DNA of 62,230 nucleotides, counting the filler, from Candidatus Delongbacteria bacterium (lineage in GTDB: Bacteria > UBA4055), in the NCBI GenBank assembly GCA_016937995.1. It is 6 parts of 6 records of this genome, joined end to end, with 100 filler letters (N's around TTAATTAATTAA, not from the genome) between each part and the next. Parts side by side here need not be neighbours in the genome. Positions count along the whole stretch, not along the records: positions 45,582 to 52,848 come from JAFGVM010000073.1; positions 52,949 to 57,394 come from JAFGVM010000076.1; positions 57,495 to 62,230 come from JAFGVM010000077.1; 3 more parts are not named here. The stretch is one strand, 5' to 3'. This document shows positions 49,441 through 60,700 of the stretch, in pieces (position 1 is the stretch's first letter; the number at the start of each line of letters is the position of its first letter). The notes below the pieces were generated by a model. The model was not told the DNA's origin and made no database searches. It saw only the letters and a program-made list of their open reading frames with translations. The translations under genes and the position numbers were made by a program.

Positions 49441-51486
49441 ATGGAATTAATGTCACCTGCAGGAAATTATTCATCTTTTAAAGCCGCAATAAAGTCCGGT
49501 GCAGACGCTGTATATATGGGATTAAGCCTGTTCAATGCAAGAAGACCTGCCAAAAATTTTGGATTTACCGAATTAGAGGAAATTATTCATGAAGCCCATG
49601 AAAATAATACAAAAGTATATATTACATTAAATATAGACTTAAAATCCAATGAACTCACAGATGCCGTAAAAATCCTTCTGCTTCTTGTTAAAGTTAAAGT
49701 TGATGCTGTAATAGTCAAAGATACGGCTGTAATTTATCTGATAAATAAATATTTCCCTGAACTGGAAATTCACTTAAGTACTCAGTTCGGGATCGCTAAC
49801 TCAAAGGCAATGACAGCTGCCGGTAAATTACTGAAAGCTCAGAGAGTTGTTCTTGCAAGAGAGTTGAATTTCAATGAATTAAAAGCACTCAATAACGATG
49901 ATTATCCTGAAAGAGAGATATTTATTCAGGGATCAATGTGTTATTCTTTTTCCGGAAGATGCCTGATGTCCAGCTGGAATGGCGGAAGGTCAGCTAACCG
50001 AGGTGCCTGCCAGGCTCCCTGCAGATTTTTATATAAAAAAAATGATGAGAATATCCCTGAAAGTTATTTTTCAATGAAAGACCTTTCTCTTGCTGATAAA
50101 ATTGATGTATTGAACGAACTTAATATATCAGCTTTGAAAATCGAAGGAAGATTGAAAAGCAGTGACTGGGTCGGAGAAATTACTTCCATATACAGGGCTA
50201 TACTTGATCACAGCACAGAACCAGATCTGGACGTATTACAAAAGTTCTCCGGTAGAGAACTGGCTCATGGTTTCTATGGCGGTCTTGATGACCTGACTTC
50301 AGAACAGAAGATCAAACAGGGACAGTTCTCAGATAATAAGACCGGAGATACTTCTGTAGGTAAAGGTAAATACGATCTTTCGATCATGCTTCAGAATAAT
50401 AAAATAATAATCAATATTTTCTCAGATTACGGTAACATAATTGTTACTGTTCCTCATAAATGGATCATAAAGGAGAACAGAGCTATCTATTTCAGTGAGC
50501 TGGAACAGAGGATCTCAAATACTTCTTTCGGAGGTTTATTTTTAAATAAATTCACAATTAAAGATGATTTCCTTGTCACAAAATCTCAAATGAAAAATAT
50601 TATTTCCGAGATCGGATCCAATATCGCTCCTCTAATGAACAGAGAGAGAAAGTTTTTAAAAAGTATAAACGTCCCCGCCGAGATCGAATCCGAGCTGAAA
50701 ATAAGTTCTTCTGATATTTTTAACAGAATACCGGTAGATTTCAGGAATGCTACTACTTTACGGATCAATGCGAAAGATATAAATGGCATTTTAAAAAGCA
50801 TCGGTTCCTCCTCGGTAAAAAAAGTAGTGATAGATCAGGCAGGACCTGATGATCTGGATAAAATCGTTGAGCTTTCTGAAATTATCAAAGTGGAGATTTC
50901 TTTATTTCCTGTTCAGTTCGAGAATGATATACATGAACTTGAAGAACTGATATCGAAATTAGAACATACAAAGATAAGATCATTTGAGATCAATGATATC
51001 GGACATTTGATGTTATTGAAGAACAGCAAAAAGCCGGTCAATGGCGGTCCTTTTATCGCTCCATATAATCATGTTGCAGCTAAATTCATGAATTCTCTGG
51101 GAATGGAAAAAGTACACATGCCAATGGAGTCGGATATAGAATGTTTAAAAGGACTTTCAGGTTCGGAAGTGAAACTGAGGTTCACTCTTTATTCAAAAAT
51201 ACCTTTGTTCTACACCAGAGCTCAAAATAATGATATTCATACCGGTGATAAATTTACAGACTTTCAGGAAATAAGTTCAGTGGTAAATAAGTATAAAGAC
51301 ATTTCTATTTACTATTCAGATGAATATTTCACTACTAACGGGATAGATCTGAACGATCTGAACGTAAATGAACTGATAATTGACCTTTCAGATGAAACTG
51401 ATATAATCAAAAAATTTGAACAGCTGAAAATACATCCTGAAAAATTCAAAGGAAATAGTTTCAATCTTAAAAGAAGACTCTCATAG
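49441..51486 (+). CDS. U32 peptidase family protein (RlhA/TrhP-like RNA hydroxylation)
   Basis: ELMSPAG, GADAVY, HLSTQ, CYSFSGRC..NRGACQAPCR, KIEGR motifs. Confidence 0.9.
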   Translation: MELMSPAGNYSSFKAAIKSGADAVYMGLSLFNARRPAKNFGFTELEEIIHEAHENNTKVYITLNIDLKSNELTDAVKILLLLVKVKVDAVIVKDTAVIYLINKYFPELEIHLSTQFGIANSKAMTAAGKLLKAQRVVLARELNFNELKALNNDDYPEREIFIQGSMCYSFSGRCLMSSWNGGRSANRGACQAPCRFLYKKNDENIPESYFSMKDLSLADKIDVLNELNISALKIEGRLKSSDWVGEITSIYRAILDHSTEPDLDVLQKFSGRELAHGFYGGLDDLTSEQKIKQGQFSDNKTGDTSVGKGKYDLSIMLQNNKIIINIFSDYGNIIVTVPHKWIIKENRAIYFSELEQRISNTSFGGLFLNKFTIKDDFLVTKSQMKNIISEIGSNIAPLMNRERKFLKSINVPAEIESELKISSSDIFNRIPVDFRNATTLRINAKDINGILKSIGSSSVKKVVIDQAGPDDLDKIVELSEIIKVEISLFPVQFENDIHELEELISKLEHTKIRSFEINDIGHLMLLKNSKKPVNGGPFIAPYNHVAAKFMNSLGMEKVHMPMESDIECLKGLSGSEVKLRFTLYSKIPLFYTRAQNNDIHTGDKFTDFQEISSVVNKYKDISIYYSDEYFTTNGIDLNDLNVNELIIDLSDETDIIKKFEQLKIHPEKFKGNSFNLKRRLS

Positions 51487-52415
51487 TGCAAAAATTTGAC
51501 AGATTAAACAGGATCGGGGATCACTGGAAAAAAAAGTACGGTGCAAAAACCTATAAGCTTATATTCAGAGGTGAATTTACCTGTCCGAACATCGACGGTA
51601 GTCTGAGCAATAAAGGCTGTATTTACTGTAATATGAGATCCCTGGAACCTTTGATAGACAGTAAAAATATCGAAGGACATATAAAATATCTGGAAGATAG
51701 GAATAATGCAGAACTTTTTATAGCTTTCTTTCAGGATTTTTCATCGACCTATCCGGTTCATTCCATTGAAAATAAACATGACTATCTTAAAAAATTGTAC
51801 ACGAGTTCTATTGATAATGATAAAGTTGTCGGCATTTCAATTTCCACAAGACCTGACTGCATAAACACTGAAGTTCTTGATATCCTGGCAGAATTGCAAA
51901 AGGACGTAATAATTGAACTCGGATTACAGACAACCTGTGAAAAAGATATTAAATGGATAAACCGGGGATATGCAAACGATCAATTTATTGAAAGTGTCGA
52001 AATGATAAGATCTTACGGTTTTAATACCGTAGTGCACATTATATTAGGACTGCCAAATGAAACTGACCGGACGATATTAGAAAATGTAAAATTCATCAAT
52101 GCTCTTAAAATTCACGGAATTAAATTTCACCAGTTGATGGTTTTAAAGAACACTGAATTGGAAAATATTTTCAATAAAGGTGAGGTGAACGTATTAGATA
52201 TTCAGGAGTATTTCCGGAGAGTTTCGCTGTTCTTAGCCCATCTTGATAAGAATATCATTATTCACAGACTTTATGGTGACGCACCGAAAAAAGATCTAAT
52301 TGAGCCTCTATGGTGTCTAAATAAAACAGGTATTCAGGATAAATTATTCGATTATCTTGAAGAGCATAATATATGGCAGGGAATGCACCCAAGACCCACA
52401 ACCCATAACCCATAA
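51486..52415 (+). CDS. TIGR01212/YhcC family radical SAM protein
   Basis: FTCPNIDG..GCIYC, STRPDC, ELGLQT, HIILGLP motifs. Confidence 0.9.
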   Translation: MQKFDRLNRIGDHWKKKYGAKTYKLIFRGEFTCPNIDGSLSNKGCIYCNMRSLEPLIDSKNIEGHIKYLEDRNNAELFIAFFQDFSSTYPVHSIENKHDYLKKLYTSSIDNDKVVGISISTRPDCINTEVLDILAELQKDVIIELGLQTTCEKDIKWINRGYANDQFIESVEMIRSYGFNTVVHIILGLPNETDRTILENVKFINALKIHGIKFHQLMVLKNTELENIFNKGEVNVLDIQEYFRRVSLFLAHLDKNIIIHRLYGDAPKKDLIEPLWCLNKTGIQDKLFDYLEEHNIWQGMHPRPTTHNP

Positions 52416-52470
52416 CCCACAACCCACAACCCATAACCCATAACCCACAACCCATAACCCATAACCCACA
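52394..52470. repeat. Heptamer tandem repeat (ACCCAYA)n
   Basis: 11 copies; supplies the last codons and the stop of the radical SAM gene. Confidence 0.95.
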
Positions 52471-52608
52471 ACTATCTTTTAACTATGTTAATCCAATTAT
52501 TTCACATATATTTCATAATATCTAACTGAAAAAAATAAAAATATACATATATTGACATCTGTCAATTTTTGTTTTATATTACTTTCAAACTTTAAAAGGA
52601 GAAACACA

Positions 52609-52848
52609 ATGAGCGAATTCCCTGTTACTAAAAAACAAATAAAAGTATTTGTTACAATTTTTATTGTACTGATTCTTCTAATTTTCGGTAAAAGATTCTT
52701 CATTAGCATTGAAGCGGGACATGTGGGTGTTGCAACCCTTTTCGGTGATGTTCAGGAAAAAATCTACGATGAAGGTCTGCATATTCCTGTTAATCCCCTC
52801 TACAAATGGCATATATACGATGTCAGACAGAAGACACATCTTGAGCAG
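52609..52848 (+). CDS. SPFH/prohibitin family protein, N-terminal fragment cut by the contig end
   Basis: AAGGAG RBS; TM helix then IEAGHVGV..LFG..EGLH..NP. Confidence 0.8.
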
Positions 52849-52948
52849 NNNNNNNNNNNNNNNNNNNNNNNNNNNNNNNNNNNNNNNNNNNNTTAATTAA
52901 TTAANNNNNNNNNNNNNNNNNNNNNNNNNNNNNNNNNNNNNNNNNNNN
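52849..52948. other. Artificial contig spacer
   Basis: N44-TTAATTAATTAA-N44. Confidence 0.99.
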
Positions 52949-52950
52949 CG

Positions 52951-55900
52951 TTATGATCAATTGCAACTTTAATGACGGTAGGAGGTAAAGATGAACAAGC
53001 CTATTTAACCCGATTTAAAAAATAATTATCTTGTTTCGGGAACAAGAAAACACTACATTAATCTAAACAATATTTTACAAACTAGAGGTATCGTATGAAG
53101 AAAATAGCATTACTCTTAGTTTTTATTGTATCATTGTCTTTATGGGCAATGTCAGATACAGCTAATACAGAACCCGTTGTAAAAGAAAATTCTCAGAAGC
53201 TAACACAAGAAGAACTGCATAATATTGCAGTAAACTACTATCATTACATGTTTGAAGAAGAACATGAATGGAAAGGTATTAGAGTTGATTCTTCACAATC
53301 AGTAATCAAAGATATCTTTCCGTATGTGGAAGATGGAATAACTCTCTTCTATACCGTTAATTTCAATCCTGAAGGACGAATTTATACTCCCGCATATAAA
53401 TTTGTATCAAGACCTATCTTCAAAAGAGGTAGTGGTACAGCAAAAAAAATAAAATCTATAGACGATAAAAAAGCTATGCCCTTCGCGGCAATGCGAGGTT
53501 TCCACTCCATAAGAGAAAAGACATTACAGGGGCTTCAAGGTAAGTGTGAACAAACCGAAAAACAAAAAAAGATGTGGGAAAAATTCAATAAACCACCTAA
53601 TCAGTTTCATGAAAGGGTTAACCATGGATTAGATTTCCGTCCTCCAAAGTGGTGGCTCGAAAAAAAAAACTTTAAAAGTAACAAAAATACTGAAGGAATG
53701 ATCCAGACGGAGTGGAATCAGTATTTCCCCTTTAATAATGACTGTCCGTCACACTCGACAGGTAAAACACTTGTAGGTTGTACACCTCTTGCAATGTCTC
53801 AACTTATGAAATATTATGAATATCCTGAGACTGGTTTAAGTTATAATTCATATGCCTGGTTTAACGGCGAAATCATAAGAACTTTAGAAGCTGACTTTGG
53901 ACTCACAACTTATGACTGGGCTAATATGCCTGCTTATGCAGATTCTTCAAGTTCTCAAACAGAACAGGATGCACTCTCAACTCTTTGTAAGCATGCTGGT
54001 ATTGCCTTAAATGCTGATTATGGTGTTGCTTTAGGCACAGCAGCTTGGGCTGATGACATACCTCACAATATTACAAAATATTTTAACTATACTTCCCAAT
54101 TAATGTCAGAAGTTGCGTGGTATCCTAATGGATTGGCAGACTGGAAAGATTCTCTGATCACTGCTATGCAGAACGGTAAACCTGTTTTATACTCTGCCTT
54201 TTGGAATAGTGACGATCCGGGCAGTCATACTTGGATAGTAGATGATTATAAAATTTCTACAGATGAATTTCACTTTAATATGGGCTGGTATCATCCTGAT
54301 AGTTTAGATTGGAATGACTGGTATCCTGCAGATGATTATTTGAAAGATCAAGATAAAGGTATATTCAATATCATACCAGATAGATCTACAAATGCTCTGC
54401 CTATTCCATATACCGAAACTTTTGAAAACACTTATACAAGTACAACTGTAGCAAGCTCACAAATTCCCAAATACATTGGAATAGAAGAAAACAATTATAG
54501 TACATTACCAGATGTCGGTTACCAAAACAGTAATGTACTTGCAAGATTCTACGTACCTGATTCAGAAGATAGTTTTATTATAAAAAAGATAAACCTTACC
54601 ACTGATTCCGTTCCAATACTTCGTTACAAATACAGGATCAACGATTATCAGAATATCGTAGAAGGTGACAGCCTAATAATTGAAGTTTCTAAAGATAACA
54701 GGCTTTCATGGAAAAAAATCTCTAAAATTGATCATTTGAACTACAATAACACATCATATTATGAAGATAAGATCGTAAGTCTGAATAACTTCAAAAATGA
54801 AATCGTAAACATACGATATCATTTTTACTCGGTCGACAATGCAAATGCATATGATTATTACATCGACGACATCAAAGTTGGTGCACTTGGTTTGCATTTC
54901 ACAGATATATCTTACGATGATATTTTACAGCCTAAGGATGCACAATCTATCAAGATAACACCTTCAATTACACCACCGAAATCCAAAGGTTTTGAAGATT
55001 ATGACATGGCTATGGATTTCTATGTAAAAGAAGATAGCACAGCTATGGATTATATCTTAATGTATTCTGATGAATTACTTGAAAATGGAGTATTTGAATA
55101 TCTTGATTGGGATACGATGGATTTGATGGGTAAAAAATATCTGATTAAAGCAGTTGCAAGAACAAAAAGCAATAATACTTCACTAGACAGCACAGAAACA
55201 AGAGTACAATTCAGTGGGAGAAAATGTTATGTAACTTATCCGGTCAGTTATCAGGATTCAACTACTTTCTTTGATGTTGAGTTACCATTGACAATTGAAG
55301 GATACATTGAAGCTGAGTTGTCCTTCAGAGACACTCTTGAGAGTGGTATAGTTTTAGTTGGTGGCTGGATCTATGATTTCCAGAAAAAATTGTGGACTTA
55401 TGAAGATGAATATGCAGACTCTAACTATTTCTGTGATCCAGAAAATTATATTTATGCTTTATCTAAAGAAGAAAGAGATAAGGCAGTATTTGAATATAAA
55501 GGAGCTGACTTAGATTATATTCCTGAGCACAGATATAGCAAAAATAACCTCAAAAGAATATTACAAGCACAATCTGGAACGGTTAAAGATATAAATCCAA
55601 GTGTAATTTCTAAGTCTCCAAAAGAGCATTTTCAATATAACCCCTTATCTGATCTTCAAAGTCTAAGTAAATATTATTCTAAAATTGAGGATGAGAGTAA
55701 ATTTGATTCAAGAGACATGGTACATTTTGATACAATTTATTATGAACACGCTACTTCTCTGAATCTGTTTCCAGGATTTTATGGTTTTGAAGGAGGTGCG
55801 TACTATAGTGAAAACCTTTGGGAACCAATAGCTGAACGTGACTACCCAATGATCTTGATTCCTAACTGGAAATTGAAGCTAAAAGAAGACCCTTGGTATC

Positions 55901-57391
55901 CTTATGCTATACCTCACAATTCGTTAAGAGAGTACGCACAGAATGATGATGTATACATAGAAATTTGGAGACCTTTTAATGAACCTAATGGTTATAATAT
56001 CGTCTATATTAACATTGCAAGAGATTCTGACAATACTGAAGTTGCTTCATTTCAAATAGATTACAATACAAAAGGCAAAAGATATGTTGAATGGGCAACA
56101 GATGGCACAACTCAACCCGGATTTTATACTATTACAGCTCATGAACAGTTTGAAGGTACGTCTGTAATTGTTTATCAGAGTGAAACTATTCAGATCTGCC
56201 CATTATACGAACACTGGGAGCACAGCGGTACATGGTCAGATATTTGGGAAATAAATGCGGATTCCGATTATTTTAAAATGTACAACTTTATTGCAGGTCA
56301 TCCTGGAATAGGAAATTATTCTCTCGGTGCAGCGTACGACACAGAAACTGGCGAATCTATTGACGAAAGTCTTTCATCTGATGTTGTTTCATTTAACCTT
56401 CAACACGATGCTGTATTTGAAGTTTTCATGGGATTACCTTATGATAGTGGCTTTGAAGATATGTATGCAGATTATAAAGTTCTCTTATCAAAAGATGGAG
56501 GAACAAGTTGGACAGCAATCGCATCAGCAGATAAAGATTTCTATAGTTCATTAGGATTTTCAGCTACTCCAGGTTACAAATTCTATAACTGGTTTACTAC
56601 AATAAAAAATACTGCATCAGAAGAAAACATGATCGTTAAATTCGTATCACAAAACCAAATTGCTCCGCAAGATACAATATCACAACAAATTTGCTTTGAT
56701 GAAATACAAATCAGATACAGAACTGAACCAGTTCCTGACGGAGGTCAAAATTTTGCAGGTATTACGGATGGTAGTAAAGTAGATTTAAGCTGGGATGCAC
56801 CTGTTTCAAAAGGATTACCATTAAACTCTTACTTAATCTATAGAAATGGATTACCTCTTTTTCAGACAACTTCAACCACGCATACTGATTATTCGATAAT
56901 TGAAGATACAATGTATAATTACTCAATTGTTGCCTTTTATGAAGATGCTACAACCGGAGCTACAGATTTTTCATCAATGCTTGATTGTAGTGTAGATATT
57001 TTTGTGTCTTCTATGACTACACCTGCGAATGTTACTATAGCTGAGAATGCAACGAATGTAACAATTACATGGGATGCTGTTACAGGAGCATCAAGTTATA
57101 AAGTATACTCTTCATCCGATCCATACGGAACATTTTCAGAGAATACTAGTGGTTCATTCAATGGTGAGCAATGGGTTGCTCCTCTTACTGAAAGCAAATT
57201 GTTTTATTATGTAGTAGCTACAGATGTTAGTAAGGAAAACAAGAAAATTACTAAAGAAAGAGAATATCGGGTTAAATAGGCTTTTTTTAAGACTACCTGA
57301 TAAAGTTGCAACAGATCATAACATTGGCAAAATATCAATGGTTACTTAGAGAGTTAACTAGGTTTATCCACACTACTTTTTGCCATGACCG
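52951..57391 (+). mobile_element. Large gene cassette (about 4.44 kb) carrying a C10 protease
   Basis: Starts G|TTATGATCAATTGCAACTTTA, ends TAAAGTTGCAACAGATCATAAC plus the hairpin site; second inverted block of 18/18. Confidence 0.75.
53095..57279 (+). CDS. Secreted peptidase C10 (streptopain/SpeB family) with prodomain and multidomain tail
   Basis: Signal peptide; WNQYFPFN, VGCTPLAMSQLM (Cys), SHTWIVD (His), HFNMGW; FN3-like C-terminal modules. Confidence 0.88.
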   Translation: MKKIALLLVFIVSLSLWAMSDTANTEPVVKENSQKLTQEELHNIAVNYYHYMFEEEHEWKGIRVDSSQSVIKDIFPYVEDGITLFYTVNFNPEGRIYTPAYKFVSRPIFKRGSGTAKKIKSIDDKKAMPFAAMRGFHSIREKTLQGLQGKCEQTEKQKKMWEKFNKPPNQFHERVNHGLDFRPPKWWLEKKNFKSNKNTEGMIQTEWNQYFPFNNDCPSHSTGKTLVGCTPLAMSQLMKYYEYPETGLSYNSYAWFNGEIIRTLEADFGLTTYDWANMPAYADSSSSQTEQDALSTLCKHAGIALNADYGVALGTAAWADDIPHNITKYFNYTSQLMSEVAWYPNGLADWKDSLITAMQNGKPVLYSAFWNSDDPGSHTWIVDDYKISTDEFHFNMGWYHPDSLDWNDWYPADDYLKDQDKGIFNIIPDRSTNALPIPYTETFENTYTSTTVASSQIPKYIGIEENNYSTLPDVGYQNSNVLARFYVPDSEDSFIIKKINLTTDSVPILRYKYRINDYQNIVEGDSLIIEVSKDNRLSWKKISKIDHLNYNNTSYYEDKIVSLNNFKNEIVNIRYHFYSVDNANAYDYYIDDIKVGALGLHFTDISYDDILQPKDAQSIKITPSITPPKSKGFEDYDMAMDFYVKEDSTAMDYILMYSDELLENGVFEYLDWDTMDLMGKKYLIKAVARTKSNNTSLDSTETRVQFSGRKCYVTYPVSYQDSTTFFDVELPLTIEGYIEAELSFRDTLESGIVLVGGWIYDFQKKLWTYEDEYADSNYFCDPENYIYALSKEERDKAVFEYKGADLDYIPEHRYSKNNLKRILQAQSGTVKDINPSVISKSPKEHFQYNPLSDLQSLSKYYSKIEDESKFDSRDMVHFDTIYYEHATSLNLFPGFYGFEGGAYYSENLWEPIAERDYPMILIPNWKLKLKEDPWYPYAIPHNSLREYAQNDDVYIEIWRPFNEPNGYNIVYINIARDSDNTEVASFQIDYNTKGKRYVEWATDGTTQPGFYTITAHEQFEGTSVIVYQSETIQICPLYEHWEHSGTWSDIWEINADSDYFKMYNFIAGHPGIGNYSLGAAYDTETGESIDESLSSDVVSFNLQHDAVFEVFMGLPYDSGFEDMYADYKVLLSKDGGTSWTAIASADKDFYSSLGFSATPGYKFYNWFTTIKNTASEENMIVKFVSQNQIAPQDTISQQICFDEIQIRYRTEPVPDGGQNFAGITDGSKVDLSWDAPVSKGLPLNSYLIYRNGLPLFQTTSTTHTDYSIIEDTMYNYSIVAFYEDATTGATDFSSMLDCSVDIFVSSMTTPANVTIAENATNVTITWDAVTGASSYKVYSSSDPYGTFSENTSGSFNGEQWVAPLTESKLFYYVVATDVSKENKKITKEREYRVK

Positions 57392-57394
57392 TTA
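57316..57394 (+). other. attC-like hairpin site, copy 2
   Basis: TCATAACATTGGCAAAA...TTTTTGCCATGACCG|TTA at the contig end. Confidence 0.8.
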
Positions 57395-57494
57395 NNNNNN
57401 NNNNNNNNNNNNNNNNNNNNNNNNNNNNNNNNNNNNNNTTAATTAATTAANNNNNNNNNNNNNNNNNNNNNNNNNNNNNNNNNNNNNNNNNNNN
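57395..57494. other. Artificial contig spacer
   Basis: N44-TTAATTAATTAA-N44. Confidence 0.99.
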
Positions 57495-57580
57495 GGGTGC
57501 GCCGGAAAAAGTGGTTTTGAATCCGGAGATCAAACAGTGAAATTAATTAACAGAGGCGACATCTTTGTTGACACAAAGCG
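57495..57580 (+). mobile_element. Possible right end of an IS3-family insertion sequence
   Basis: GC-richer segment; frame ending GAPEKVVLNPEIKQ* then GGCGACATCTTTGTTGACACAAAGCG, resembling ends of some IS3-like elements (recall, not searched). Confidence 0.45.
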
Positions 57581-57622
57581 GGATTGTAGTACTTACTCTT
57601 AAAAAAAAGAAAAATGAACAAG

Positions 57623-57704
57623 GGCTAACATTGGCAAAACATCAATGGGTTACTTGGATATTTAACTCGCTCTTCCCCACTGGTTTTTGCCATGACCGAT
57701 ATAA
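57623..57704 (+). other. attC-like hairpin site, copy 3 (non-canonical right junction)
   Basis: GGCTAACATTGGCAAAA...TTTTTGCCATGACCG|ATATAA. Confidence 0.8.
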
Positions 57705-60700
57705 GTACTATAAGTCCATCCGTCAGGTAATTGTCCGTTATTCTCAAAACTCTCAATTATTGGTAATATCGAGCTGCCTGAATTTGAACTTACGGTTATA
57801 CTTTTTGTGTCAGTTGCCCAGGATTCACCGATCGGTGTAGTATATTTTGCGATGACATAATAACTGTAAGTACCCTCAGGCAGGAAGCAATCTGTAAAAG
57901 TTAAATTTGTTGTAGAATTTAAATAACTTCCATTTCTGTATATGTCATATTCGATTGTCCCTGTTTTCGGTGGAGACCAGCTGAGGATAGCATTGGATTG
58001 TTCAGTACCTGTTCCGAGTGCCAACTCAAATGATTGCGGTCTTGGGAATGTAAGTTCTGTTGTAGTAAGACTGATATTACAGTCGAAAACAGATGTTTCC
58101 TTCAAAGTAGGATGATCTTCCAGCTTTCTGGTTATGGCGTATTCATAAGTTGTATTACTTTCAATTGCAGTATCAATAAATGTAGTTTCAACTGTTGTTC
58201 CTATTTTTGATCCGTCTCTGTATACATTAAAAGTATCGAGAGTTCGCGGTGAATCCTTTTTATAGTTCATTAGCCAGATAATACTGTTTGATTTATCTCC
58301 CTGGGTAGCTGATATGATAGTTGGAGCTTCAGGTACTTCTTCCTTAGTATACATTATTTTAATGTCGTCAATCGCGAAGGTTTGTTCTTTCCATGTCCAG
58401 TCATATGGTGTATAAAATTCCGGCTTTTCTGCTATTACAAATTTAAGCTGCACTTTAGTACCTGCCGATACAGAATCCCCTAAAGAGTAAAAGAACGGTC
58501 GCATACAATTCATCCAGCCTTCTGCTTCTCCGAAATAATCATCATAATCATCCTGTACAGGTTCATACACAGTAAACCAAGCTCCATTATTTATCTTTGC
58601 CTGTACCAGATAACGCGCATAAAGAGGCTGCCATTGTGTAGAATCGTTATCTAAAACTTCTCTCGGTAAACTGACCCATGCGCTTAAAATAGTATGGTGT
58701 GTTTCATTCAATGTTATTTCAGGTGTTACAATCGAAGTTGATACATGGTGATAAGTATCATAATAACCAAGAAGATTCTGCCATTCCAATGGATAATCAC
58801 CTGGAGATATTGATCTTCTGCTTATCCACCATTTGTCAGGATTAGCAGTACTTGAATTTTTGTCCCATCCTTCAGGCCAAAGGTACGGATAATCTTCAAA
58901 GTCATAATACATCGGTGGTATCTGTATCTCTTTTTCCTGCACGATATCTACACCAAGTGAATCATCATACCCAAACGCTTTTATCTGATAAAAGCCGGGA
59001 GTCTGATCATCAGATTTCACCCATCTCATTCCGTCTGACAATCTGAATGAGTCACCTGTTTCAGTACTTAATCCAACTGTTTTATTCTGATTAGAAAATA
59101 TCTGACTTCCAAAAATCCCTTCATTGGTTCTGGCAATCTCACTGCCGTTATGAGTTATTGTCAATGTGTCAATATAGACCGGAAAATCTGTGAATGGTCG
59201 CCAGATATAAACTTTAACATCCTGATTTTTTGAGTATTCTGTCTTTTCAACATATGGAATGAATCCATCTGCATAATATGTACTGTCACAATATAGAAAA
59301 TCACCATGAAGTTTCATTTTCCATGGAGGTATGATTATTTTTGTAGTATCGGGTAAAACTCCAATATATTCATCATCTGTAGGTTCTGCATCATATCCCC
59401 TTGCTATCAGATTATACACTCCCGGTTTCTCCAGATCGAATCTTTCATAACTCCATGTAACAGGATTATCTGTGTCTTTTGATGCTTTTGTTTCAGGTCG
59501 TTTCATTCGTTCATACACTACAGGAATATCATCTGATTTACCTGTAAATTTTAACGGTTCATTATTCCATGGCAATGCACCTGAATCAGTAGGCCATGTG
59601 TATTTATAATTTATAGGAATATCAGGAGTAAATTCATACATTGATAAAGTATCCAACTTAAAATCCTCGTTTATATTGCTACGATCTACGGAATTACTTT
59701 GGGTATCTACAATATCTCCCTCTACCGGGAACCCCAGAAAATCAGGCGTATATGATTCAAAATCCCATACACCATCAAATAAAGGTGTTGACATGGTATT
59801 TCCATCCCAGGATTTTCTTGTCGGATCAACTATTTTTGCATGGACTCCTTCACATACTTCAATATCATCTATCAGACAAAAATTCGAACTTCCTGAATAT
59901 TCAAATCTGAATCTGATGTTAACAACATCATTTTTATACTCATGAAGACTAACGATCTCATCTTTGAATTTATTCAAGTAATCATCAGCTTCGTAATTAT
60001 CTTTATCAAGGACATAAACCGATTCCCATGTCTCTCGGTTATCATTTGAAACTTCAACAATAACTGAATCACCTGTTGAGAAACCACCTTCATCAATAAT
60101 ATCAATCTTGAATTTAACTACAGGTGTTCTGTCGGAAGCACAGATCAGTTTTATTTTCTTGATGACGAACCATTGACTGTTATCTCCTGAATTTCTTATA
60201 TATAAACCTTTTTCTGTTGAGCCATATAATTGTGCGAAAAAAGTACTATAATTATCAAAATGATACAGTATGTGAAACTCCAATATTGGGCGGTATTTGA
60301 TAAATACTGCTTCCGATTATCACATCGTTAAAATCTTCTTTATAAGGTATAACCAATGCACTATCAGGATGATCCGGAATTGTATGAAATATTGCTTTTT
60401 GTGATGTTGTAATTGCTGACATAGGATACCAGTCATTGTAGGTTAAATTCGAATCTCCCATGTTAAAATTGAATTGATTATTGGGGTAATCATAACTGTC
60501 AATTATCCAGCTATGGTTGAAAGTTTGGGAGTTTATAGTTATGGGGCCACCATAAATAATAGGTTGTTTTCTAGCTAAACTCATCTTCAAACTATCAATC
60601 CAGATGTCTAAGGAAGCATACCAAGTTGCTTCTTCTCTTAATTGAGAAGTATAATTAAATTTTTTTGCTAATCCGTGAGGAATATCCTCTAAATTTTCAA

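Noticed and set aside
52258-52455. 65-aa ORF with MGCGLWV repeats
   Set aside because: Antisense translation of the heptamer tandem repeat
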